Positions 37,193 to 47,734 of a stretch of 64,000 nucleotides of DNA are shown here, piece by piece (the stretch's first letter is position 1; each line of letters opens with the position of its first letter). A model generated the notes under the pieces. It was not told where the DNA came from. It did not search any database and worked only from the letters and a program-made list of their open reading frames with translations. The stretch spans positions 64,315 to 128,314 of the forward strand of contig BGOS01000003.1 of NCBI GenBank assembly GCA_003569365.1. Direction: 5' to 3'. Origin of the DNA: Anaerolineaceae bacterium (GTDB taxonomy: Bacteria; Chloroflexota; Anaerolineae; Anaerolineales; UBA11657). Both the position numbers and the translations under genes were made by a program.

Positions 37193-38452
37193 ATGCGGAT
37201 TGCAATGCTTTCGCTGCATACCTGCCCGCTGGCCACATTGGGCGGCAAGGAGACTGGCGGCATGAACGTGTATGTGCACGAGCTGGCCAGTGAACTGGGG
37301 CGGCAGGGAGTAGGCGTGGATGTGTTCACGCGTTCGCAGGATGAGCATGAGCCGCATGTGAAGCATGACCTGGGTAATGGCAATCGCGTGCTGCATATTC
37401 CGGCCGGGCCGGAGCATCCGCTGCCCAAGGCCGAGCTGTACCAGCACGTGCCGGAGTTTGTGGGCGGTGTGCGCCTGGCTGCAGCGATGCTGGATTCGCG
37501 CTACGATGTGATTCATTCACACTACTGGCTCTCCGGTGTGGTGGCGCGCCAGCTGCAGCAGCACTGGCCGGTGCCCGTGGTGCACATGGCCCACACGCTG
37601 GGCGTGATGAAGAATCGCGTGGCGCTTAGTGCGGACGAACAGGAACCACAGCTGCGCCTCGACACGGAGCAGCGCCTGCTGCGCTGGGCCAACCATACCG
37701 TGGCAGCAACCGTCGCAGAGGAAATGCAGCTGCGCTGGCTGCTGCACAATGACAACGCCACCGTGCGGGTCATTCCGCCCGGGGTGGATACGCAGCGCTT
37801 TCGGCCGTCTGACCGGGCTGCAGCGCGCGCTGCGATTGGCGTGGCTGCGGACGCATGCCTGCTGCTGTTTGTCGGCCGCATCGAGCCGCTGAAGGGCACG
37901 GACACCCTGCTGCAGGCCGTGCAGCTGCTGCGCGCGCGCGGCGAGCTGCCGGCGCATCTCTCGCTTTCCATTATTGGCGGTGACCCGGATCAGCCGCGTG
38001 AGTCGCGTTTGGCGGAACTGCAGCGCCTGATGGAACTGCGCGACGAGCTGGGACTCGGCGAGGTTGTCACCTTTCTGGGCAAGCGCGCGCAGGAGACGCT
38101 GCCGGATTACTACGTGGCTGCGGATGTGGTGGTGATGCCTTCGCTCTATGAGTCATTCGGCATGGTGGCGCTTGAAGCGATGGCGTGCGGCACGCCCGTG
38201 GTGGCGTCGCAAGTGGGCGGCTTGGCGTATTTGGTGCGCGATGGCGAAACCGGCTACTTGGTGCCGGACCGCGACCCGGCTGAGCTGGCGGACCGTTTGA
38301 GCCGGCTGCTTTCCAACCCGCAGCTGCGCGCGCAAATGGGGGCGCAAGCCGTGCAGCACGCCCGCACCTACGCCTGGCCGGATATCACGCGCAAAGTGAT
38401 CGGGCTGTATGCGGACGCGGTGCGAATGTTTGTGGCGTCTGCAGCGGTTTAG
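37193..38452 (+). CDS. GT4 glycosyltransferase, MshA (D-inositol-3-phosphate glycosyltransferase)-like
   Basis: 419 aa. N-terminus RIAMLSLHTCPLATLGGKETGGMNVYVHELASELGRQGVGVDVFTR, plus YDVIHSHYWLSG, the EX7E region SLYESFGMVALEAMACGTPVV and GGLAYLVRDGETG. Confidence 0.8.
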   Translation: MRIAMLSLHTCPLATLGGKETGGMNVYVHELASELGRQGVGVDVFTRSQDEHEPHVKHDLGNGNRVLHIPAGPEHPLPKAELYQHVPEFVGGVRLAAAMLDSRYDVIHSHYWLSGVVARQLQQHWPVPVVHMAHTLGVMKNRVALSADEQEPQLRLDTEQRLLRWANHTVAATVAEEMQLRWLLHNDNATVRVIPPGVDTQRFRPSDRAAARAAIGVAADACLLLFVGRIEPLKGTDTLLQAVQLLRARGELPAHLSLSIIGGDPDQPRESRLAELQRLMELRDELGLGEVVTFLGKRAQETLPDYYVAADVVVMPSLYESFGMVALEAMACGTPVVASQVGGLAYLVRDGETGYLVPDRDPAELADRLSRLLSNPQLRAQMGAQAVQHARTYAWPDITRKVIGLYADAVRMFVASAAV

Positions 38453-39105
38453 TGACTGGACTGGTGGTCGCTGCATTCGGGCTGGGCCTGGCTTTGTGCG
38501 CGCCGCCGGGCGTGGTGTTTGCCGAGACCGTGCGGCGCGGATTGGTGCGTGGCTTTCGCGCGGCGCTCAGCGTGCAAGTTGGCTCGCTGGTTGGCGATGG
38601 CACTTGGGCAGCGCTGGCGCTCGGCGGAGCCGCCTTGCTGGCGCAACAATGGCTGGCGCGTTTGGTGTTGGGTGCGGTGGGCGTTACGCTGCTGCTGTAT
38701 CTGGCGTGGAATGCGCTGCTGGATGCATGGCGCCCGCACGCGCCGGCCGAACGTACAGCCGGTGCGCCGCTTGGCGGCACAACAGTGCCGTTGGCAGTGC
38801 GCGGCGATTTTGCAATCGGCGCAGCCCTCTCGCTCAGCAATCCCTTCAACATTGTGTTCTGGCTGGGCGTGGGTGGTGGCGTGGTAGCAGTGCACGTGGC
38901 GGAGCCAGCTGGCGTGCACTACGTTGCATTCTTTGTGGCTTTTCTTGCCGCGTGCGTCGTGTGGGGTATTTGCATGGCAGCGCTGGTGGCTTACGGCCGG
39001 CGTTTTTTGGATGGGATTTTTTTCCGCGTGGTGAATGCGGTGTGCGGCCTGGCGCTGCTTTATTTCGCAGCCGGCCTGTTTCAGCAGCTGCTAAAGCCGG
39101 GCTAA
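38452..39105 (+). CDS. LysE/RhtB family amino-acid efflux translocator
   Basis: 217 aa, 5-6 TM helices, with LysE-type motifs (NPFNIVFWLGVGG). The GTG start overlaps the upstream TAG by 1 nt. Confidence 0.75.
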   Translation: MTGLVVAAFGLGLALCAPPGVVFAETVRRGLVRGFRAALSVQVGSLVGDGTWAALALGGAALLAQQWLARLVLGAVGVTLLLYLAWNALLDAWRPHAPAERTAGAPLGGTTVPLAVRGDFAIGAALSLSNPFNIVFWLGVGGGVVAVHVAEPAGVHYVAFFVAFLAACVVWGICMAALVAYGRRFLDGIFFRVVNAVCGLALLYFAAGLFQQLLKPG

Positions 39106-39114
39106 AGCCGGAGG

Positions 39115-40038
39115 CTATACCGTTACGAGTTCCGGCCGCATAATGTAATCCCACCAATTGTGCGACACCTGCGCGCTGCTGCCCGTTGTGTGCGGCAGGC
39201 GCTGCAGCCACCACAAGTGATGTGCGCGAATATCTCCGCCGCCCCAGTCTATGCAATTCATCGCGCGAGCCGCGCCGCCCAACTGTGGAAAGTTTAGCCA
39301 GCTGTCTGCGCTGCACTGCACCGGGCGGCGGCTGCCCCATTCGTAATCGCGTTCGCTGTTGGGCGCAAAGTGCACATTGCCGCATTCTGCCCGGCCGGGA
39401 TGCGTGCGTTCGTGGCGCGTGAAGCGTTCCCACAAGTTGTGCGCAGTGGGTGCTTGCGCAAACACGTGCGCCATGATGGATTCTGTGCGGTGCCCCAGGT
39501 TCTCCAGCATTTCGCCCGGCCCGCGCTCGTAGTTGAACCCCATAATCACAAAGCGCCGCCCCGCTGCGCCCGTGTTGGTGAGCGGCGGCGCATTGCACCA
39601 AAACGCGTCCGGCCCGCCCATGATCGATTCGTAATAGCCCGCGTAGGGGAATGCCATCAGCCACACTTCATCAATTGCACCAGCGTGCACGCGCTGCAGA
39701 ATGTTGAAGCGCTGGATCAGGCGCATGTAATCCACCGCGTCCGGCTGGTGAAATCCGCTGCGGCTGTGCCAGCAATCCAGATAATGCTGCGCAGTGTAGT
39801 TGAAGCCGTCCAGCTTGGCGGGAAACGCATCGACGAGCACGCGTTCAACAATGCGGTATTGCACCAGGCCGTGGCTGGCGGTCGCCACATCGGCGCAATA
39901 TTGGTTGGCTAGTTCATCGGGGTCGTTCCAGCCCAGCGCGCTGTGTAAGCTTTGGCTGCGCTGTGCACCCACCAGCGGGTCATGGATGATGAGCAGTACG
40001 CGCTGCTCGATGGGCGCTGCGACTTCGGTCAAGTGCAC
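39115..40038 (-). CDS. hypothetical protein, enzyme-like, no recognisable family
   Basis: 307-aa ORF with coding-like composition, rich in His/Trp/Cys (GNVHFAPNSERDYEWG, WGGGDIRAHHLWWLQRLP). No signal peptide. Confidence 0.6.
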   Translation of the reverse strand: MHLTEVAAPIEQRVLLIIHDPLVGAQRSQSLHSALGWNDPDELANQYCADVATASHGLVQYRIVERVLVDAFPAKLDGFNYTAQHYLDCWHSRSGFHQPDAVDYMRLIQRFNILQRVHAGAIDEVWLMAFPYAGYYESIMGGPDAFWCNAPPLTNTGAAGRRFVIMGFNYERGPGEMLENLGHRTESIMAHVFAQAPTAHNLWERFTRHERTHPGRAECGNVHFAPNSERDYEWGSRRPVQCSADSWLNFPQLGGAARAMNCIDWGGGDIRAHHLWWLQRLPHTTGSSAQVSHNWWDYIMRPELVTV

Positions 40039-40059
40039 CGGTTGGCGCAGCGCAAGGGC

Positions 40060-40681
40060 TTAGTCAGCGCTCGCGTAGCCTTGCGCAATGCACTCGTCCG
40101 CAGCCCGGCGTAGCACGTCCACCGGCTGCGCGCCAGAAACCAAAAATCTTTCACCAAAGATCATCGCGGGCACTCCGCTAATGCCAAGCGCGCGGGCTTC
40201 GTCCAAGTCCGCCTGCACCTCTGCGCGGTGCGCACCGGTCTGCACCGCCGCCAGAAAATCAACCGGGTCCAGGCCAATTCCGGATGCGATGGTGGAGCGT
40301 AGTGTAGTCATCCAGTCGCTGTCCGGCTTGCCAGTGCGCTATAAAACAGGCGTGCACGTACTCAAGTTCGAGCGCGTGCAGCCGGGCAAACTTGCTGCCT
40401 TCCAGCGCCGGCCGCGAGTCGACGCCAAAAGCCCCGGCGCGCATCTCCAGCCCAAAGCGCTCGCGCGCGGTAGCAAACATTTCGTTCTGCTTGGCGTCAA
40501 TCATTGTGCGGAACTTCGCTGCCTGTTCCGGGCCGCCCGGGAACTTGCCGCCGGGCAGCAGTTCATATGCGCGCCAGTCGCGGGTGATGCTGTGCGTTTG
40601 CGCAAGCGAGTCCAGACCGGACTCGGCCATAAAGCACCACGGTCAGACGAAATCGCTAAATATTTTGATGTTGACGGGCAT
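40060..40681 (-). CDS. DsbA/FrnE-family thiol oxidoreductase with in-frame TGA at the first CxxC position and a downstream frameshift (candidate selenoprotein, or decaying gene)
   Basis: Minus strand from ATG 40681 reads MPVNIKIFSDFV-TGA-PWCFMAESGLD..., continuous with ORF 40259..40630. The C-terminal third (ORF 40060..40311, GISGVPAMIFGERFLVSGAQP) is in another frame. Confidence 0.7.
40607..40625 (-). promoter_or_regulatory. SECIS-like stem-loop 17 nt downstream of the in-frame UGA
   Basis: The mRNA can form CGAGUCC-GGUCU-GGACUCG (7-bp stem, loop starting GGUC). Flanking GUGCUUU and AAA(C)GCAC could extend the helix. Confidence 0.4.
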
Positions 40682-40711
40682 GATGTTGGTGCGCGTTGCC
40701 AGCGGGTTTAA

Positions 40712-42772
<2,061 letters not shown>

Positions 42773-42820
42773 GTGCGCCGGGCCAAGCCCGCCAAGCATC
42801 TTGCCCAACTCAGGATAAAT

Positions 42821-44029
42821 ATGCAAAATACAGAGAGCGTTGACGGTATTGCACAACGCATAAATGGCATGGCGCTCCGCATTTCAAAGATGCAGGCGGA
42901 TGAGCTCTATTTTTACAACATGCCGATCACTGAAATTCACGGCAGCGCTGAAGTGGTGGTGAACGGTCGCAAAATGTTGATGTTTGCGTCTTACGGCTAC
43001 TCCGGCCTGCTTGGGCATCCGCGCATCAATGCGGCAGCCAAGGACGCAATTGACCGCTATGGCACGGGCACGCACGGTGTGCGCCTGCTGGCCGGCACGC
43101 TGGATTTGCATCGCGAGCTCGAGGCCACGATTGCAAAGTTCAAAGGCGCAGACGATGCAATCACATTCAGCAGCGGCTACGTCACAAATCTCGCGGTCAT
43201 CTCCTGCCTCGTGGGCCGCCATGACCTGGTGCTGTGCGACAAGTTCGATCATGCCAGCATACTGGACGGGTGCGTGCTGGCGGGCGCCGAGCTTAAGCGC
43301 TTCCGCCACAACGACATGGCGCACCTTGAAGCGCTGCTGCAAAAGAATGCGCACCGCGCCACCAAGCTCGTGATTGTGGATTCGGTGTTTAGCATGGATG
43401 GCGACATCATTGACCTGCCAACTACGATTGCGCTGTGCCGCAAGTACCACGCGTACCTGATGGTGGATGAAGCGCACTCGATTGGCGTGCTCGGAGCCAC
43501 CGGGCGCGGGATCGAGGAGCACTTTGGCCTGCACGACGGCGTTGATGTGAAGATGGGCACGCTTAGCAAGACGATTCCCAGCGTTGGCGGGTATGCTGCC
43601 GGGAGTTGCACGCTTGTCAATCTGCTGCGCCATGCGGCGCGCGGATTTATCTTTTCGGCTGCGCTGCCGCCCGCGCAAGCAGCGGCTGCGCGCGCCGCGT
43701 TCGATGTAATTCTGGACGAGCCGGAGCGCGTGGTGCGCCTGCGCGAAAATTCCATTATGTTCCGGGACAGCTTGAAGCGCATGGGCTACGACACGATGCA
43801 GAGCGAGACTGCAATCGTGCCGGTCTTATGTGGCGCGGATGATCTGGCGTACAGCCTGGTGCGGGCCTGCCAGCAGCGCGGGGTATTTGCCCTGCCAGTG
43901 GTTGCGCCTGCGGTGCCGGAAGGAACGGCGCGGCTGCGCGCGACTGTTACCGCCGGCCACAGCAAGTCGCAGATCGAAGCCGCACTCGAAGTGTTCGAAG
44001 CTGCGGGCAAAGAAGTCGGCCTGATCTAA
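42821..44029 (+). CDS. alpha-oxoamine synthase family PLP enzyme (BioF / Kbl / serine-palmitoyltransferase-like)
   Basis: About 402 aa. Has HGVRLLAGT, DEAHSIGVLG and the PLP lysine in GTLSKT. The tracked ORF starts at GTG 42773, abutting the ligA stop. Confidence 0.85.
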   Translation: MQNTESVDGIAQRINGMALRISKMQADELYFYNMPITEIHGSAEVVVNGRKMLMFASYGYSGLLGHPRINAAAKDAIDRYGTGTHGVRLLAGTLDLHRELEATIAKFKGADDAITFSSGYVTNLAVISCLVGRHDLVLCDKFDHASILDGCVLAGAELKRFRHNDMAHLEALLQKNAHRATKLVIVDSVFSMDGDIIDLPTTIALCRKYHAYLMVDEAHSIGVLGATGRGIEEHFGLHDGVDVKMGTLSKTIPSVGGYAAGSCTLVNLLRHAARGFIFSAALPPAQAAAARAAFDVILDEPERVVRLRENSIMFRDSLKRMGYDTMQSETAIVPVLCGADDLAYSLVRACQQRGVFALPVVAPAVPEGTARLRATVTAGHSKSQIEAALEVFEAAGKEVGLI

Positions 44030-44047
44030 AGCGCTGCGCGCAGCTTA

Positions 44048-45280
44048 TTGCGCGGACATTCCAGCTTGGCAATACTGGTCCTCAAACCCGGCCGCGAGAA
44101 GTCGGTGTTGCGCATGCACCCGTGGATTTTTTCCGGCGCGGTGGAACGCGTTGACGGGCGCGCTGCGCCCGGTGCCACCGTGGAGGTGCGCACTGCCAGC
44201 GGCACCTGGGTGGGGCGCGCATCCTACAATGAAAACTCCCTTATCTCCGCCCGCATGTGGACTTGGACGCAGGCGGAAGAAATCAACGAAGCGCTTTTTG
44301 CGGCGCGCATAGACCGGGCGCGCCAGTCCCGGCGTGACTTGCTGCTTAATGGCCCGCAGCGCGATCGCACCAATGCACTGCGGTTGGTGTTTGCAGAGTC
44401 TGATGGTTTGCCCGGATTGATTGTTGATGGTTACGCGGAATTTCTAGTTGTGCAGTTTCTTACTGCGGGCGCAGAGATGTGGAAGCCGGTGATTGCAAAC
44501 GTGCTCGCGAAGACAATTCCGGCGGCTGGTATTTATGAGCGTTCCGATGTGGAAGTTCGCGAGAAAGAAGGCCTTTCCAAATCGACGGGCTTGTTATGGG
44601 GCAAGGATCCGCCGGCGCTTGTGCAGATCTGGGAACAACTGGACAGCAAGGAGGTAATGCGGTTTCTGGTCGATGTGAAACATGGGCACAAAACCGGGTT
44701 TTATCTGGACCAGCGTGACGGGCGCAAGGCGGTGGCTGCCGTGGCCGCGGGCCGCACTGTTTTGAACGCCTACGCTTACACCGGTGCGTTTGCAGTTGCC
44801 GCGTACGCCGGCGGTGCCAAGCATGTTGTGAATGTGGACACCTCTGAGCCCGCGCGGCGATTGGCCCGGCTGAACTTGGAGCTCAACAACCGCACCGTGC
44901 TTGAAGACGAGCTGGTGGATGCAGATGTGCCCGTTTATTTGCGGCAGCAGTTGCAGGCCGGCAAGCGCTATGACATGATAATACTTGATCCGCCTAAGTT
45001 TACGCGGTCGCGCGCACAGATTGACCGTGCGGCGGCCGGCTACAAGGACATCAACTTGCATGCCATTAAGCTACTCAATCCCGGCGGCTATCTGCTGACC
45101 TTTTCATGCTCGGGACTGGTGAGCGAAGATTTGTTTCAGAAAATTTTGTTTGGTGCCAGCCAGGACGCCGGCCGTGACCTGCAGATACTGCGGCGCCTGT
45201 CGCAGCCGGCGGATCATCCGGTACTGTTGTCTTACCCCGAGGCGCAGTACTTGAAAGGGTTTGTGTGCCGCGTGGTGTAG
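44048..45280 (+). CDS. rlmI: class I SAM-dependent rRNA methyltransferase, RlmI-like (PUA + MTase)
   Basis: 410 aa. N-terminal LKPGREKSVLRMHPWIFSGAV, an SAM-binding region VLNAYAYTGAF, and DMIILDPPKF. Confidence 0.8.
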   Translation: MRGHSSLAILVLKPGREKSVLRMHPWIFSGAVERVDGRAAPGATVEVRTASGTWVGRASYNENSLISARMWTWTQAEEINEALFAARIDRARQSRRDLLLNGPQRDRTNALRLVFAESDGLPGLIVDGYAEFLVVQFLTAGAEMWKPVIANVLAKTIPAAGIYERSDVEVREKEGLSKSTGLLWGKDPPALVQIWEQLDSKEVMRFLVDVKHGHKTGFYLDQRDGRKAVAAVAAGRTVLNAYAYTGAFAVAAYAGGAKHVVNVDTSEPARRLARLNLELNNRTVLEDELVDADVPVYLRQQLQAGKRYDMIILDPPKFTRSRAQIDRAAAGYKDINLHAIKLLNPGGYLLTFSCSGLVSEDLFQKILFGASQDAGRDLQILRRLSQPADHPVLLSYPEAQYLKGFVCRVV

Positions 45281-45287
45281 GGCGCAG

Positions 45288-45983
45288 CTAATTATTTGTT
45301 TCGGGCTCGGCCAGCCCGTTCGCTTTTGCCCATTCGATAAATTCCGGCAGGCGGGCGTGGTCGGCATAAACGCCGCGCCGCGCCGCTGGCAGCATTGCGG
45401 CCAGGCGCAGCATCATTTCTTCTGTGATGCGCTCCAGTTGTGCACTGCGGTTAGCCGGTTGCAGCGGCGGCACAGTAAAAGCCGGGCCGACCTTCATCAC
45501 CATGTGCGGCCGGCGCAGGCGTTTCAGCTCCCCAAAAGCGGTGGCAGTGTGCAGTAGCGCCACCGGCAACACTGGTACACCCGCATGCACTGCGAGGAAG
45601 GCGGCGCCGGGCAGTCCGGGCAGCAGGCCGCCGGTTGTGGAACGCGTGCCTTCCGGTGCAATGCCAACCAGCACTCCGGCATGCATGCGCTCGATTGCAA
45701 CCTTGAGGGCGGCGCGGTCGGACTCGCCGCGCCGCAGCCAGATGATGTTGGTGACGGTTAGCAGCCAATTGAAAAACCAGTTCTCCATGTACTTGGTGGT
45801 AACCAGCGCGCTCAGGCGTGGATGCGGCAGCAGCGTGAACAGCAGCGCAATGTCCACCATGCTTTGGTGATTGATGATCATCAGGTAGCCGCCGGATGAG
45901 GGCATGTTTTTTGCGCCGAGAAGCGTGCGCCGGGACAGCATCCAAAACAAGAAATCAAACACGGATCGCAGGAATTCAAACAT
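45288..45983 (-). CDS. plsC: 1-acyl-sn-glycerol-3-phosphate acyltransferase
   Basis: 231 aa. Has the HX4D motif (NHQSMVD) and PEGTRS. Confidence 0.85.
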   Translation of the reverse strand: MFEFLRSVFDFLFWMLSRRTLLGAKNMPSSGGYLMIINHQSMVDIALLFTLLPHPRLSALVTTKYMENWFFNWLLTVTNIIWLRRGESDRAALKVAIERMHAGVLVGIAPEGTRSTTGGLLPGLPGAAFLAVHAGVPVLPVALLHTATAFGELKRLRRPHMVMKVGPAFTVPPLQPANRSAQLERITEEMMLRLAAMLPAARRGVYADHARLPEFIEWAKANGLAEPETNN

Positions 45984-46981
45984 TAGTTTGAGGGGGTTGC
46001 GGCTGCGATCTGGCCCCAGGCTAGTGTTTCAACGCGGTCTACGAGGCACGGCACGGCGCCGAAGGCAGTTTCAAAAGGTGCGCTGGATTGCGGTTCGAGT
46101 ACAGTCGGGAGCAGGCTGATGCTGTAGCTGCAAATGATATCCTGAGAATTATAGAGCAATACCATTATGTGAACCGGCAGCAGTGGCAGGTTGGCTTGTG
46201 ATGCGACCGCGCCGCGCACTGTGGCGGCGCCACCGGCTGAGTTGAAGGTGGCGTCGCTGGTGGTCACGCGCGCAAAGCTGGCCGCCAGCCCGGAGGCTGC
46301 AGTTGCGGTGCGGAGGGTGGCGCGCGCGCCGCCGGCTGCGGAGCCCGCCGCGAACCAGGCATGCGCAGCGGCAGTGTCTCCCGGCCACAGCAGTTCTACC
46401 TGCAATGTCGTGGTTTGGCTGACGTCCGGTGTGCTTGCAGCGGTGAGCGCATCAAATGTGAGCTGGATGTTGGTGAGTGGTTCCGTGTCATTGTTATGCA
46501 CTACTGCAATGCAAAAAGTGCGTCCGCCTGGCGAGGGGTAACACACGGGCGGATCGATGGCGACATTGGCTGATGGTTCGTCTGTTCCGCCGGGTGTGCG
46601 TGTTTCGTTGGCGTTGACGGGCAGCTGCACCTGCTGGCCAATTCGAATCAGTTGTGCGTTTATGCCCGGGTTGGTTGCGAGCAACGCCTCTAGTTTTATT
46701 CCATAGCGCAGGGCAATCCCGAGCAGTGTGTCGCCTTCCCGAACTGTGTGGTTCCACGGGGTGGGGCTGGGCAGCGGAAGAGGGCTCGCAATTGCGGGGC
46801 CTATGTTTGTTTCCAAAGCTGGCGTGAGGTCTGGCGTGCCGGTCGGGAAAGTTGTGCTGGCGGGCAGCAAAGTTAGTGCGGCGGTTGGCGCGGCAGGCGG
46901 GTCACTGCACCCGCCCGCAAGGCTTGCAGCCAGTAACACGCACATATACGGGCTGGTGGGGGTGAACTTGGCTGGTGACAT
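45983..46981 (-). CDS. LysM-domain lipoprotein
   Basis: Lipobox LAGGC and a LysM domain (HTVREGDTLLGIALRYGIKLEALLATNPGI...GQQVQLP). Its stop overlaps the plsC start. Confidence 0.7.
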   Translation of the reverse strand: MSPAKFTPTSPYMCVLLAASLAGGCSDPPAAPTAALTLLPASTTFPTGTPDLTPALETNIGPAIASPLPLPSPTPWNHTVREGDTLLGIALRYGIKLEALLATNPGINAQLIRIGQQVQLPVNANETRTPGGTDEPSANVAIDPPVCYPSPGGRTFCIAVVHNNDTEPLTNIQLTFDALTAASTPDVSQTTTLQVELLWPGDTAAAHAWFAAGSAAGGARATLRTATAASGLAASFARVTTSDATFNSAGGAATVRGAVASQANLPLLPVHIMVLLYNSQDIICSYSISLLPTVLEPQSSAPFETAFGAVPCLVDRVETLAWGQIAAATPSN

Positions 46982-47101
46982 TGCGTTGCTAACTTTTAGC
47001 AGTCGGTAGCGCTTCGGAGATTATAGAATTGGACGGGAGCGGCGGCTTGGCGGGTTCGCAATCCATCGGCAGGCTGCGGGTGCCACCCGTGTTTTTGTGC
47101 G

Positions 47102-47130
47102 TTGGCACGCTTGGATTCTCGGGGTATCAT
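47102..47130 (+). promoter_or_regulatory. sigma70-type promoter upstream of the zinc-ribbon gene
   Basis: TTGGCA-17 nt-TATCAT, about 94 nt upstream of the ATG at 47224. Confidence 0.45.
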
Positions 47131-47223
47131 CTTGGAAACGGTTGCACAATGCGGTTGCTACTTATCTGTTTCTAACAATGGAGCGGCATGCTCCGCCAAT
47201 ATTCTCACAGGTGAAATCTCAAG

Positions 47224-47625
47224 ATGCCAACTTATGCCTATCGATGCGAAAGCTGTAGCGCGGAATTTGAGCGCATGCAGCGCTTTAGCGATGCTCCGAT
47301 TACGCGCTGCCCCGAATGCCGCAAGAATAAAGTGCGGCGGGTGATTCACGCGGCCGGTGTGATTTTTAAGGGGTCGGGGTGGTATGTGAACGACAGCAAA
47401 GCCACCAATCCTGCCAGCAGTCCGGTGGCGAGTGATGGGGGCGAATCGAAAAGCGCCGAAAGCAAAGGTGGCGAGGGCGCTGGCTCCGAGGCCAAAAGCT
47501 CAGATTCAAAAAGTTCCGAAGCCAAGGGCGGTGAGACGCCGGCTGCAGCCGGTGCGTCCGCGGGTTCCGCATCTTCAAAGTCTGCGAGCTCCAAATCTTC
47601 CGGCAAGGCTGCCGCTGCTGAATAG
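47224..47625 (+). CDS. FmdB-family zinc-ribbon protein (CxxC_CxxC_SSSS) with S/A/K/G-rich tail
   Basis: Begins MPTYAYRCESCSAEFERMQRFSDAPITRCPECRKNKVRRV. Confidence 0.85.
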   Translation: MPTYAYRCESCSAEFERMQRFSDAPITRCPECRKNKVRRVIHAAGVIFKGSGWYVNDSKATNPASSPVASDGGESKSAESKGGEGAGSEAKSSDSKSSEAKGGETPAAAGASAGSASSKSASSKSSGKAAAAE

Positions 47626-47656
47626 CGAATTCCGAACGCGCTAAATTTTGTGTATC

Positions 47657-47690
47657 AAAACGAGCGACTGTAAAGTCGCTCGTTTTTATT
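47657..47690. terminator. bidirectional rho-independent terminator
   Basis: AAAACGAGCGACT-GTAA-AGTCGCTCGTTTT, flanked by A-run and T-run, between convergent genes ending at 47625 and 47735. Confidence 0.7.
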
Positions 47691-47734
47691 TCCAAATGCT
47701 GCGCCGTTTAGCGCAGGCGATTAAGTTAACGGCT

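Noticed and set aside
47101-47117. TTGGCACGCTTGGATT resembles the -24 element (TGGCAC) of a sigma54 promoter.
   Set aside because: The -12 element (TTGC at the correct 5-nt spacing) is absent. The same bases fit a sigma70 -35 (TTGGCA) with a 17-nt spacer to TATCAT.
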